Assembly: GCA_945900935.1 (NCBI GenBank)
Contig: CAMDKT010000001.1
Location: 1 to 40,106, forward strand
Length of the DNA stretch: 40,106 nucleotides
DNA from: Candidatus Sulfopaludibacter sp. SbA3
GTDB taxonomy: Bacteria > Acidobacteriota > Terriglobia > Bryobacterales > Bryobacteraceae
Reading direction: 5' to 3'
The notes under the pieces were generated by a model that did not search any database, was not told the DNA's origin, and saw nothing but the letters and a program-made list of their open reading frames with translations. Position 1 is the stretch's first letter. Each line of letters begins with the position of its first letter. The translations under genes and the position numbers were made by a program. Shown here one piece after another: positions 9,411 to 19,252 of this stretch.

Positions 9411-10472
9411 CTAAACCTGCGAGTCCAAGCCCGCACGAACTTCAGTTGTGGAACGTACGGCTTGGCGGACAGATGGTTCCTGCCCGGCGTCATAACGAAA
9501 TGCCATGTACACTAACGGAGCCATGGCGACCACTGCAAACAGAGGTCCGGCCACCGGCCACACACACGCTCCCCAGGCTAGCGGGAACAGCCAAGCCACG
9601 TTGACCGCCGCAATCGTCAGCGTCACTTTCGCGTGGCTCCCCCACCGCCGGGCGGCGTGCTGATAGGCATGACTGCAATGCGCCTCGTACCACCGCGCCC
9701 CGGCAATCAATCGCCGTATCAGCGTGAACGTGGAATCGACAATAAAAACGGAAAGCAGAATCAGCCATGGCCAAATCAGCCACGGTTGTTCCTTGGCGCT
9801 CGCAATCGCTAAAACGCCGAACACAAATCCCAGAAACCCGCTACCCGCGTCACCCATGAAAATCCTGGCCGGCGGCCAGTTCCACACCAGAAAACCGGCA
9901 CTGGCGCCTACTAGAGCCAGTGCGCCGTCAGCCAAGCCGCCGAGTCCGCTCCACGCCAAAAGCAAGCCGCCCAATCCGCCTGCGCAGAGTGCTTCCAGCC
10001 CCGCAAGGCCGTCTATTCCGTCCATGAAGTTATAGAGATTAATCATCCACACCAAGCCGACAAGCGCAAGAAGCTGGCCAACCCAACCCCAATCCCAACT
10101 GAAACTGCCCAAGTGCAACGGTCCAATCCCATTGAGCTGCCACAAAGCCCATCCAGCCGCAGCGAAGTGAATCAGTAGGCGCAACCAAGCCGATACCCGG
10201 AAATGGTCGTCCAGGAACCCCGCTACAGCCACCGCCAGTCCGCCCCCAGTAAGCGCCCAACCGACACTGCCGGATAGGGTGCCCGACTGCACGAACAACA
10301 GAACTGCCAAGAGAAACACCAGAACAATGCTCACGCCGCCGCCCCGCGGTGTTGGCGCCGAGTGAGAACTACGCGCGTTCGGGACATCCAGGACTCTTCG
10401 CCTGACAAGGTAACGCCTCATCAGCGCGGTCAAAAGCGCTGAAGCGAGAAAGGCAACGATGATTATGAACAC
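9411..10472 (-). CDS. wbpL: Undecaprenyl-phosphate N-acetylhexosamine-1-phosphate transferase (MraY/WecA/WbpL family, initiating enzyme)
   Basis: NLYNFMDGIDGLAG and DAGSGFLGF motifs, about 10 TM helices. The track start at 10568 overlaps the upstream gene by 82 bp. The GTG at 10472, 14 nt after the upstream stop, gives the usual MFIIIVAF... first helix. Confidence 0.88.
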   Translation of the reverse strand: MFIIIVAFLASALLTALMRRYLVRRRVLDVPNARSSHSAPTPRGGGVSIVLVFLLAVLLFVQSGTLSGSVGWALTGGGLAVAVAGFLDDHFRVSAWLRLLIHFAAAGWALWQLNGIGPLHLGSFSWDWGWVGQLLALVGLVWMINLYNFMDGIDGLAGLEALCAGGLGGLLLAWSGLGGLADGALALVGASAGFLVWNWPPARIFMGDAGSGFLGFVFGVLAIASAKEQPWLIWPWLILLSVFIVDSTFTLIRRLIAGARWYEAHCSHAYQHAARRWGSHAKVTLTIAAVNVAWLFPLAWGACVWPVAGPLFAVVAMAPLVYMAFRYDAGQEPSVRQAVRSTTEVRAGLDSQV

Positions 10473-10486
10473 GGCACTGCCTTCGG

Positions 10487-11470
10487 TTACGCCAATTGTC
10501 TCGACGATTCCAGGTACCAGCGAGCAGTGGCTGCCAGCCCGCCATCCAGCGTGACTGGGGGGGTCCATCCCAGAGTTTGCCGCACCTTATCGGAGTTGAT
10601 CACGAGCGACCCAAGCAGCCTGTTAACTGCGGCCTCTTTCCCAACCAGCCGCGCGGCGAGCCGTACCGGAAACTCAGGAACCGGCAGAAATCGCGCGGAA
10701 CGCCCGAGTGCCCGGGCCAGTCGGGTAACCAGTTCTCGCGTCGACACATCCTCGCCATCACTGACCATAAATGTCTGGTTGGCCGCTCCAGGATGGCTGG
10801 TACATACTGCTAGAACATCCGCAAGATTCTCGACTCCGATCAAGCTTCGCCGGTTTTTTGTATTCGGTATTGGCAGCGGGATCCCTCGCGCCACCAAGCT
10901 CATCAGCCGCAAGAAATTTGCCCGCACCCCGGGACCATAAACCAGCGGCGGCCGGACAATAACAATTTCGATTCCTGTTTTCGCTGCAACGGATCGCAAC
11001 GCTTCCTCAGCCTCCCATTTCGAGACGGCGTAGGGATCCTGAGGATCAGGCACATCTCCCTCCGCAAAAGGCATCCCGGAAGTGGACTCGCCGTTCACTT
11101 TCACCGTGCTCACAAACACCATCCGGCGAACGCCCCTCTCCGCTGCAACGCGGGCCAGCGCCTCAGTAGCGTCAACATTAACCCGCCGGAATTCCTTCAA
11201 TGGATCGGCCGTGTCGTCGTGCATAATGTGGACGCGTGCGGCCAGGTGTACAACCACTGCCACATTCTCAAGGGCATCGTTGAGATTCGGGCTCGCACCC
11301 AGGTCCCCGATAGGAGCAAATTCACTCAGCCCGGGTGCCGCCGCCTGCAGCGCAGACCACAATCCACGATTTTGAACGCCCGCACGTGGAACGTAGCCGC
11401 CTCGTAGGAGCCTGCGGCACAGAGCCGTGCCCACAAAGCCGTCCGCGCCCGTAACGAAAATCCTGGTCAT
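10487..11470 (-). CDS. NAD-dependent sugar epimerase/reductase (SDR; WbjF/WbpV/WbpK-like)
   Basis: Starts MTRIFVTGADGFVGTAL at the ATG at 11470; the upstream extension in the track is unlikely. YxxxK motif (YAVSKWEAE). Position between wbuB and wbpL matches Pseudomonas O11. Confidence 0.85.
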   Translation of the reverse strand: MTRIFVTGADGFVGTALCRRLLRGGYVPRAGVQNRGLWSALQAAAPGLSEFAPIGDLGASPNLNDALENVAVVVHLAARVHIMHDDTADPLKEFRRVNVDATEALARVAAERGVRRMVFVSTVKVNGESTSGMPFAEGDVPDPQDPYAVSKWEAEEALRSVAAKTGIEIVIVRPPLVYGPGVRANFLRLMSLVARGIPLPIPNTKNRRSLIGVENLADVLAVCTSHPGAANQTFMVSDGEDVSTRELVTRLARALGRSARFLPVPEFPVRLAARLVGKEAAVNRLLGSLVINSDKVRQTLGWTPPVTLDGGLAATARWYLESSRQLA

Positions 11471-11597
11471 GGTTTCCCGAGATCGCGACGTCAATTTTCC
11501 CGCCGCGCGCGCATCCACAGTTGGTACTCATACCGCGCCAGAGTCGTCTGATCGGGAAACTGTGTCAAAAACTCCTTTCGCCTACTCCGATGACACA

Positions 11598-12836
11598 TCA
11601 GCCCACCAGAGACCTGATCAGAAAGTCGTATTGCAGCGCGACTGCCTTTTTCGAGTACCGTTGCTCAACGAACGACCGGCCGCGCAAGCCTTCAGAAACC
11701 AATCCACCTCTACCTCTGAAAGCTTCTAATACAGCGGCGGCGTACGCGTCATTATTTCTTACAGGAACAACCGTGCCGCACTTTGATTCCCGAACAATCC
11801 AGGCTAACTCGGACTCCAGCTCGGTGCTCACTATGCTCGGCTTTCCACAGGCCATCGTCGTATATATCTTTGAAGGAAATCCGTCACGCCCAGCATCCGG
11901 TGCCATTGTTATCGTCGCAACGTCGCACGCCGCATTAATTTCTGGCATTTTGTCCCGCGGTTGGTAGTTCAGCACCAGGACATTATTCAAGTTCCGCTGA
12001 GCGACGGTTCGCACCAGCCACTCACGGCACGTGCCATCACCGATGATGACGAACTTCATCGGCTGTTCCCGGAGGCGGTCGGCGGCATATAAAATCGGGC
12101 CCCAGTCCTGAGCTACGCCAATGTTGCCCGCGTACATAATGACGAATGGGCTGATCAAACCATGCTCACGCGCGAAGGCGTTGTCACGGGGAAGCGGCCG
12201 ATAAAACTCAGCGTCGACAAAATTCGGAATAGTTCGCACCTTCTGACGACAAGCGCATCGCGCCGCAACGATTCTCGTAAAGCGATCAGCAATTGTCACG
12301 ACTGCATCACACTTTCTGTAAATCAGACGCTCTAACTTCTGAAGTACCTGAATGGCAAAAGAACTACGAATCAAGCCACGATGAATTGCAAAATCTGGAT
12401 ACAGTTCCTGTACAATGTAGACACAGGCTGCGCGATGCCGTCTACTTATAAGCCAAGCTACAAGCCCAATCGACAGCGGCGGTGACGGTGCGATTATTAT
12501 GTCGAAGGCCTGGTCCTTCCGATATGCCCAGTAGAGGCTTTTCAAATGAAATCCCAAGTACGCAAGACTGCGTGCACCAGGACTGGCAGTCCTCCCACCC
12601 ATCGGAACATGCCATACTGGCACCCCTCCCAACGTACTGTAATAGAGCCCCGAAGCGGCCTTGGACAAAGGCTGCCGAGTCATCTCGGACTCAACGGCGT
12701 TATAGTGCGGAGTAGTCGTCAATACCGTGACTACGTGCCCAAGCTGCTGCAATTCCTGAGCTAAATCGGCCATCAGGTACGCGGTGGACACACCGTCCGG
12801 GGAAAATATTAATGAGTGCAACAGAATTCTGGCCAC
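11598..12836 (-). CDS. wbuB: GT1-fold (family 4) glycosyltransferase, WbuB/WbjE-like putative L-FucNAc transferase
   Basis: 412 aa, MARILLHSLIFSPDGVSTAYLM N-terminus typical of WbuB. Located immediately after fnlABC. Confidence 0.8.
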   Translation of the reverse strand: MARILLHSLIFSPDGVSTAYLMADLAQELQQLGHVVTVLTTTPHYNAVESEMTRQPLSKAASGLYYSTLGGVPVWHVPMGGRTASPGARSLAYLGFHLKSLYWAYRKDQAFDIIIAPSPPLSIGLVAWLISRRHRAACVYIVQELYPDFAIHRGLIRSSFAIQVLQKLERLIYRKCDAVVTIADRFTRIVAARCACRQKVRTIPNFVDAEFYRPLPRDNAFAREHGLISPFVIMYAGNIGVAQDWGPILYAADRLREQPMKFVIIGDGTCREWLVRTVAQRNLNNVLVLNYQPRDKMPEINAACDVATITMAPDAGRDGFPSKIYTTMACGKPSIVSTELESELAWIVRESKCGTVVPVRNNDAYAAAVLEAFRGRGGLVSEGLRGRSFVEQRYSKKAVALQYDFLIRSLVG

Positions 12837-13059
12837 GGTCCACCGACTGCTTCAGACGACTTCTGGGTTGGAGGATTAGAATTGGAGACGAGCAAGCTCA
12901 GTTCCTGTCCGTTCGGTTCGCTTTGCTGTCTGTCGGCGATTCCCTCTTCAACTCCAACAGGTTCCTCTGATAGTGCTTTTCCACCCCACATGCCTTATAC
13001 TCCAGAGAATCGCATAGTCGCCTCAGCTTTCACTCACACGTGGGCTGCAATTGCTGACG

Positions 13060-14181
13060 TTAGCTCTTTCTCCAAACCACTGTATTGACGTAGTCTGTGT
13101 AGCTCAGAATGATCCGAACCACCTTCTCCGACACATTCGCGGCGTTGTAGTCTCCCACAATCCGCAGTGTCCTATTCGGGCCGACAGGCTGGGTGTCGAG
13201 TACCCTCATTGCAGCCAGAATCCGCTTCGGATCCAGTCCAACCATCATGACCGCGCCTTCTTCCATACCCTCCGGGCGTTCGTGCGCTTCCCGGATATTT
13301 AGCGCCCGGAAGTTCAGGATAGATGACTCCTCGGTAATCGTGCCGCTATCAGAGAGCGTCGCCCGGCCCGCCATCATGAGGTGGACGTAATCGGAAAAGC
13401 TCATCGGCTTCATCAGCCGGACTTTCTCAGGGAAAGTGATGCCCTCGGAGTCGATGCGCTTCCGAGTTCGGGGATGGACGGAGACGATGACTGGCAGTTC
13501 GTATTGCGAAGACAGCAGGTTCAGCACCTCTACCAAGTTTCGGAACTGGCGGGGTGAGTCGATGTTTTCCTCGCGGTGTGAGCTGACGACAAAATATTCG
13601 CCCTCCTTAAGGCCAAGGCGTTCCAGGACGTCCGAGCGGTCGATCTTCGGGCGATAGTACGTCAGCACTTCGCACATGGGGCTGCCGGTCTTGATGATGC
13701 GATCCGACGGGATACCCTCCCTCAGCAGGTACTCCCGCGAGAGATCGCTGTACGGCATGTTGATATCACTGATATGGTCGACAATTTTCCGATTGATCTC
13801 TTCCGGCACACGCTCATCGAAACAGCGGTTTCCCGCTTCCATGTGGAAGACCGGGATCTTGCGCCGCTTCGCTGCGATCACGGACAGACAACTGTTCGTG
13901 TCGCCCAGCACGAGCATGGCGTCCGGCTGAACCGCGCCGAACACCTCATCGCTCTTCGCGATTACGTTCCCGATGGTCTCCGCTGCAGATTTGCCGGCCG
14001 CTTCCAAGAAGTAGTCCGGTTTTCGTATTTCAAGGTCCTCGAAGAAGATTCCGTTCAGTTCGTAGTCGTAATTCTGGCCGGTATGAATCAGGACGTGATC
14101 CATATGCCGGTCGAGCGCTGCGATGACCCGGGAAAGGCGTATGATTTCCGGGCGGGTGCCTACAACCGTAGCGACTTTCAT
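13060..14181 (-). CDS. fnlC: UDP-2-acetamido-2,6-dideoxy-L-talose 2-epimerase (non-hydrolysing UDP-GlcNAc 2-epimerase family; FnlC/WbjD/CapG)
   Basis: MKVATVVGTRPEIIRLS..., HTGQNYD and GDTNS motifs. ATGA overlap with the fnlB stop. Confidence 0.92.
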   Translation of the reverse strand: MKVATVVGTRPEIIRLSRVIAALDRHMDHVLIHTGQNYDYELNGIFFEDLEIRKPDYFLEAAGKSAAETIGNVIAKSDEVFGAVQPDAMLVLGDTNSCLSVIAAKRRKIPVFHMEAGNRCFDERVPEEINRKIVDHISDINMPYSDLSREYLLREGIPSDRIIKTGSPMCEVLTYYRPKIDRSDVLERLGLKEGEYFVVSSHREENIDSPRQFRNLVEVLNLLSSQYELPVIVSVHPRTRKRIDSEGITFPEKVRLMKPMSFSDYVHLMMAGRATLSDSGTITEESSILNFRALNIREAHERPEGMEEGAVMMVGLDPKRILAAMRVLDTQPVGPNRTLRIVGDYNAANVSEKVVRIILSYTDYVNTVVWRKS

Positions 14182-15317
14182 GTGGTAACCAGAACCGGGA
14201 CTTCGGCAGGTGCCAGCACCGGCAGGAAGTAGGTGTCAGGCCTGTCCGGGTCAAAGATCTCGTTGGCCCAGAAGAGCGTGACCATGTCCCCAGGCCCGAT
14301 GTTTTCGATGGAATGCGTCCATCCCGGTGGAATGTCTATCACCTGAAAGGCCTCGTCACGTACCCTGTACTCCACCACTTCCGCACTCTCGATCTGGCGC
14401 ATCCGGATGATACCCTCACCTTCGACGACGAAGAACTTTTCGGTCTTCGTGTGGTGATAATGGTTCCCACGCGTCACACCGGGCCTGGTTCGCGAGACGA
14501 AGATCTGGCCGAAGTGTTTCGATTTTATGAACTCGGCTAAACAGCCGCGCTGGTCGGACTTGATTTCAAGCTGCTGCCGCCGCGCCTCGTCCGGCACGTA
14601 GGAGAGGTACGTTGCGTAGAGCTGCTGATTGAACCGGACTGCGAAGTCGGGAGTGAGCAGATTGCTGCGCATGTCATGGAACGACTGTATACGGCCCGCC
14701 AGATCGCCGAGCGTCAGATGGAAGGACGGGATGTCGCGATGGCCGTTTGATCCGGCGTGGGTCGGCAATTCGGTCAGAAAAGCCTTTATGACATCATCCA
14801 CGTGGACTAACTCCAACTCGCGGCCCGGATCGGAGATCTGAATGGGTAGGTCGTTCGCCACGTTGTGGCAGAACGTCGCCACCACCGAGTTGTAGTTCGG
14901 CCGGCACCATTTCCCGAACACGTTCTTCAACCGGTAGATGCAAACCTGTGCCCCGCTCTGAGCCGCGAACTCTCGTAAAGCATCCTCCGCGTGCCGCTTG
15001 CTGACCCCGTAAGGATTCTCCAGTTCGGCCTGGACCGAAGAAGACATCACAATCACGGGCGTACGGCCAAGCTCAAGGAGGATCTCGCAGATGTCGCGCG
15101 TTAGCCCTGCATTCCCGATCTCGAACTCCTCGGTGATCTGCGGACGGTTGACACCCGCCAGATGGTAGACGATATCCGCTGCCTCCAGTCCGGCGCGCAA
15201 ATCGCCCGGCGAGTTATCAACGTCGAAAGGGGCCACAACGCAGCCCTCGTGCGCCTGCAGGAGGGCGGTGAGGTTTCGCCCTATGAATCCGCGAGCGCCC
15301 GTCACCAGGACGTTCAT
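14178..15317 (-). CDS. fnlB: Bifunctional SDR reductase plus C-terminal cupin epimerase (FnlB/WbjC/CapF)
   Basis: [16 protein letters not shown] start at 15317 (ATGA overlap with the fnlA stop). C-terminal cupin carries RGNHYHHTKTEKF. About 379 aa. Confidence 0.9.
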   Translation of the reverse strand: MNVLVTGARGFIGRNLTALLQAHEGCVVAPFDVDNSPGDLRAGLEAADIVYHLAGVNRPQITEEFEIGNAGLTRDICEILLELGRTPVIVMSSSVQAELENPYGVSKRHAEDALREFAAQSGAQVCIYRLKNVFGKWCRPNYNSVVATFCHNVANDLPIQISDPGRELELVHVDDVIKAFLTELPTHAGSNGHRDIPSFHLTLGDLAGRIQSFHDMRSNLLTPDFAVRFNQQLYATYLSYVPDEARRQQLEIKSDQRGCLAEFIKSKHFGQIFVSRTRPGVTRGNHYHHTKTEKFFVVEGEGIIRMRQIESAEVVEYRVRDEAFQVIDIPPGWTHSIENIGPGDMVTLFWANEIFDPDRPDTYFLPVLAPAEVPVLVTT

Positions 15318-16339
15318 ACGGCCACGCTCGGGGTCTTCAAGGCTTCCTGCACGCAATCGAGTTTCAGGAGGAGTTCGACCATCTCGGCCTGGTTCATCCT
15401 GTGCGTATTGTGCGAGGTGTACTCCTTGGCGAACGAGACATCCACCTGGCCTTTAGTAAAGTAGAGGGAGTAGTTCAAATCTCGAATGTCGGCCGGAATG
15501 CGGTAATAGCCGCCGCGATCTTCCGCCTTGGCCATCTCTTCCCGGTTGAGCAGCGTCTCGTACAACTTCTCGCCGTGGCGGGTACCGAGAATCTGGATTT
15601 CGTTATCGGCATCGAAGATCTCCTTCAAAGCCTCCGCCAGGACGAGAATCGTGGCGGCCGGAGCCTTCTGCACAAAGATATCGCCGGGTCTGCCGTTCTG
15701 GAACGCATACACCACCAGGTCCACCGCATCTTCGATCGTCATCATGAAGCGGGTCATGTTCGGATCGGTGATGCTCAGTGGCTTACCGGCGAGGATCTGG
15801 CTGATGAACAGCGGGATCACCGATCCTCGCGATGCCATGACATTGCCGTACCGCGTACCGCAGAAAATGGTGCCGTTATCGCCATACATGCGGGCCTTGG
15901 CGACCATGAGCTTTTCCATAAGCGCCTTGGACATTCCCATGGCGTTGATAGGATAGACGGCCTTGTCCGTACTGAGCACGATGACGTTCTTGACGCCGCA
16001 GGCCAGAGCGGCGCTGAGGACGTTCTCCGCGCCTAAGGTATTGGTTCGAACAGCCTCAAGCGGAAAGAACTCGCACGAAGGAACCTGCTTCAGAGCGGCG
16101 GCATGAAATACGTAATCGACGCCGCGCATCGGGGCCAGAAGGCTGCTCGGCTCGCGAACGTCGCCGAGAAAGAACTTCAACCGCTCGTTGCGCAGGGCGT
16201 TCCGCATATCGTCCTGCTTCTTCTCGTCTCGGCTGAAGATGCGGATTTCGGCTATGTCCGTCCTCAGGTAACGCCGGACCACGGCGTTGCCAAAGGTGCC
16301 GGTCCCGCCGGTGATTAATAGAGTGCGTCCTTTGAACAT
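15314..16339 (-). CDS. fnlA: UDP-GlcNAc 4,6-dehydratase/5-epimerase (FnlA/WbjB/CapE)
   Basis: MFKGRTLLITGGTGTFGNAV start at the ATG at 16339; the 78-codon upstream extension in the track is Arg-rich junk. STDKAVYPINAMGMSKALMEK block. About 341 aa. Confidence 0.93.
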   Translation of the reverse strand: MFKGRTLLITGGTGTFGNAVVRRYLRTDIAEIRIFSRDEKKQDDMRNALRNERLKFFLGDVREPSSLLAPMRGVDYVFHAAALKQVPSCEFFPLEAVRTNTLGAENVLSAALACGVKNVIVLSTDKAVYPINAMGMSKALMEKLMVAKARMYGDNGTIFCGTRYGNVMASRGSVIPLFISQILAGKPLSITDPNMTRFMMTIEDAVDLVVYAFQNGRPGDIFVQKAPAATILVLAEALKEIFDADNEIQILGTRHGEKLYETLLNREEMAKAEDRGGYYRIPADIRDLNYSLYFTKGQVDVSFAKEYTSHNTHRMNQAEMVELLLKLDCVQEALKTPSVAV

Positions 16340-16428
16340 AAAACTTTGTTTTAGAATTGCGACATGGAAACCCTGCCCAATCGGTGCTGCGGACCAGCCC
16401 GGTATTTTGGGTTCCTGCCCCGAGCGCT

Positions 16429-17727
16429 TTATTCTAGGGTCGCCATCCTGAGCGCCAATCGGAACAACGCCCTGTTTTGTTCGATCACAGCCGGGTCGTT
16501 CGCGCGGCTTGTTCCGAACGCGGCAGCGCGCCTGGACATCGCGGCGTGCTCTTCCGACCCCATATCGACGCATTGCTGAAGGGCATCGCGGAATCGCTTC
16601 GGCTCACACAACGGTAGGTCCCACCCAACCCCCAGCGTCTCCAGATTGCGCCACGGAGTCTGGTCGCTGATCAGCACCGGGCAACCTGACGCCAACGCCT
16701 CCCCAATCACATGCCCAAAGGCCTCGCCCTGAGTCGGCAGTAGCAGCACATCGTGCTCGGCAAACACTTGCGCAACCTTCTCGTGTGCTATCTCACCCCA
16801 GTACTGTGCCCGGATGTTTGCCGACAGCTCCGCGATCAGGCCTTGGCACTCCTCCCAGTACTCCGCATCTTCCACCGGACCGTAGAGATCGAAGGATACG
16901 TCGCCCGAGACGCCCTGCATCATTCTTAGCGCACCTGCCAGGTTCTTCATCTGTGAAAACCGCGAAAGGAACACGACGCGAAGTTGACCTCGCCCCTTAG
17001 GCTGCCTGTTTGGCGCGTCCGGCCTTGGCATGCTTGCGATATCCGGCGTCGTAGCCACCACCGCGCTCGTCCCCACTCCCCCGATCTTCATTTTCGAGTC
17101 AGGGGTGACGCCTGCGACGTCGATGTGCCGCACCAGCGGAAACTGCCGACTTATGTCGGCCGCCTCGAACACACTGTGGGCGTGCCAGATAAGACCTCGA
17201 TACAGTCCGAGCCATCGGGCGATCCTTAAGTAAAACAGCTTTCGTCGGTGCTTGAACTTCAGCGCCCCCGACGAAAACTCACCGTGTGGTGCAAGCACCA
17301 CGCATCGCAGTCGGCAAAGCTTGAGCCATCGCATGATCAGGGCCAGGATGGAGAAGCGCCAGGAACAGAAGCTGTTGAGGTAAAGGACCGTGTCCCGGTC
17401 GACGGAACGAAGCAACGCGGACATGCCGAGCAAGCCTGGGAATCCCGGTCTTAGGTACATGACCTCCGCGTAGCCAACGCGAAGCCACCGATTCACGACG
17501 ATGCCAGGAAACGGCAGCTTGTCCCCGAGATCGCGGTCCAAGGTCACGATCCTGAAATGGAACTCTTCGCCAATCGCCGCCACCAAGTTGCTGACGCTGC
17601 GGATAGGACCGCCATATTTGTAGCCGGGGAGGTACCCGCCAACCAGCACTAGGACGCGAAGACCAGATGCAGCTTCAATAGGCGCTATGATCGAATCAGT
17701 TTCGTGTAATGGCTGTTGAGTGGACAT
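16429..17727 (-). CDS. GT1-fold glycosyltransferase (family 4-like)
   Basis: 432 aa. N-terminal GGYLPGYKYGGPIRSV motif and C-terminal EAFGHVIGEALASGCPVLISD (the E-x7-E region of retaining GT4 enzymes). Confidence 0.85.
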   Translation of the reverse strand: MSTQQPLHETDSIIAPIEAASGLRVLVLVGGYLPGYKYGGPIRSVSNLVAAIGEEFHFRIVTLDRDLGDKLPFPGIVVNRWLRVGYAEVMYLRPGFPGLLGMSALLRSVDRDTVLYLNSFCSWRFSILALIMRWLKLCRLRCVVLAPHGEFSSGALKFKHRRKLFYLRIARWLGLYRGLIWHAHSVFEAADISRQFPLVRHIDVAGVTPDSKMKIGGVGTSAVVATTPDIASMPRPDAPNRQPKGRGQLRVVFLSRFSQMKNLAGALRMMQGVSGDVSFDLYGPVEDAEYWEECQGLIAELSANIRAQYWGEIAHEKVAQVFAEHDVLLLPTQGEAFGHVIGEALASGCPVLISDQTPWRNLETLGVGWDLPLCEPKRFRDALQQCVDMGSEEHAAMSRRAAAFGTSRANDPAVIEQNRALFRLALRMATLE

Positions 17728-18120
17728 ATTCGGCTATACGCCCGTAGTGCGATTCCCAAGTTCTTTGGTTAATGAAAAAACGGCGAGCGAGTCGGCGGAT
17801 AGGCGGCAATCTCATCCGTCTCTTCCACCGTCTTGGCAACTATTACTTAACACCCGCCCGTCCGTGGGATCTGAATTGATCCTATTCTCTCGCCGCAGAG
17901 AAGACCGAGGTCTCAGCTGCCGGTAATTGCAACTCAGACAACAGGGATTTGCGTGACGGGGACCGCATGATGTATCGCAAAAATCATCTTCTTCAACAGT
18001 AGATAGATCCTCCGCTATGCTTAGCGTCAATTGCGTCGATGGCGAGGTGGATGCCAGGGTCCATCAAACACATTAGCACAGACTCAGGGGCGCCAGGAAG
18101 TCGCCGAATTGGATCAAGCA

Positions 18121-19134
18121 TTACCCATGCCGACTCAATAAATTAGGATCGGACATAACAGTTTCACCTAAAGACACTGTCGGAGTTGATCCGATGCGCT
18201 CTCGCAGCCAACTGCCAAAAATCCTCAATCCTTCATCAATTGACGTGGTGGGTCGCCATCCGAGGAGTCTAGCCGCCTTCTCGATGTCAGCCAAAGTACG
18301 CGGAACATCACCGGGCTGCGCAGCCACGAAACCTATTTCAGCAGTTATGTCAAGCTCACGCTCCAAGGCCCGAATCAGTTCTAGTAGCGGTACTCCTTCA
18401 CTGTTGCCCAGATTGACAACCTCATACTTAGACCCAGTATAGGCGAGAGCGTGACAAATACCTGCGACAACATCTGCGACAAAAGTGTAATCACGAGTGG
18501 ACGAGCCATTACCATAGACCTGAATAGACTGCCCGCTTATCATCCGTTCGGCGAACTTTCTAATGACCAAATCGGGCCGCTGACGAGGCCCGTAGACTGT
18601 AAACAGTCTCAGGGCGATGAATCGGATACCGTACAGATGAGAGTAGACGTGGCCCAGAAACTCTCCGCTCAATTTGGTACTCGCATAAGGACTTATTGGG
18701 CTAAGGACGCAGTCAGACTCCGACCACGGGACGTTGGGGTTTACTCCATAGACGCTACTCGACGACGCGAATACAAAACATCGCACACAGCACGCTCGCG
18801 CGAATTCGAGCATGTTCTGCGTGCCCGCCACATTAACTTCTTGATACGTCACCGGATCTTCGATCGAGGGGCGAACTCCACCCTTGCCAGCCAAATGCAC
18901 AATTGAATCGTAGGGCTGAATGAGAGACCTGAGAGCAGCCACATCACGAATGTCCACATCCAAGATTCTTGCACTTGAGTTTTGTCGGATACTCGCGAGA
19001 TTCTCCTCCTTAAAACTACGGGGGTAGAAATCGTCGAAATTATCCAGGATTGTTACTGATGCGCCTTGCGAGAGAAGGCTTTCGACTAGATGGCTTCCAA
19101 TAAAGCCGGCCCCGCCCGTGACTAGGATATTCAT
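18121..19134 (-). CDS. NAD-dependent nucleotide-sugar epimerase/dehydratase (UDP-glucuronate 4-epimerase-like SDR)
   Basis: MNILVTGGAGFIGSHLVESLL and the YASTKLSGE (YxxxK) motif. 337 aa. Confidence 0.88.
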   Translation of the reverse strand: MNILVTGGAGFIGSHLVESLLSQGASVTILDNFDDFYPRSFKEENLASIRQNSSARILDVDIRDVAALRSLIQPYDSIVHLAGKGGVRPSIEDPVTYQEVNVAGTQNMLEFARACCVRCFVFASSSSVYGVNPNVPWSESDCVLSPISPYASTKLSGEFLGHVYSHLYGIRFIALRLFTVYGPRQRPDLVIRKFAERMISGQSIQVYGNGSSTRDYTFVADVVAGICHALAYTGSKYEVVNLGNSEGVPLLELIRALERELDITAEIGFVAAQPGDVPRTLADIEKAARLLGWRPTTSIDEGLRIFGSWLRERIGSTPTVSLGETVMSDPNLLSRHG

Positions 19135-19252
19135 ACCAATTCACTCCTCTCATAGTGAATATGCAAGTGACGATCATTATCGTACCACACTCTTGTTAGC
19201 TGGCACGGCAATCATTTTGATTTGATCGTGATGCTTTCGCACACGACAGTCC

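Noticed and set aside
15317-16573. N-terminal extensions in the ORF track for fnlA (to 16573) and fnlB (to 15356). The same applies to the SDR at 11518, rfbF at 33261, ParD at 36762 and wbpL at 10568.
   Set aside because: The extensions are Arg-rich, overlap upstream genes or intergenic DNA, and precede canonical family N-termini. Those N-termini begin at internal ATG or GTG codons that form ATGA/GTGA couplings.
17728-18120. JUMPStart/ops (GGCGGTAG) antitermination element in the internal gap of the locus
   Set aside because: Only a near-match (GGCGGATAG) is present, on the wrong strand for minus-strand transcription. The element is enterobacterial and is not expected here.
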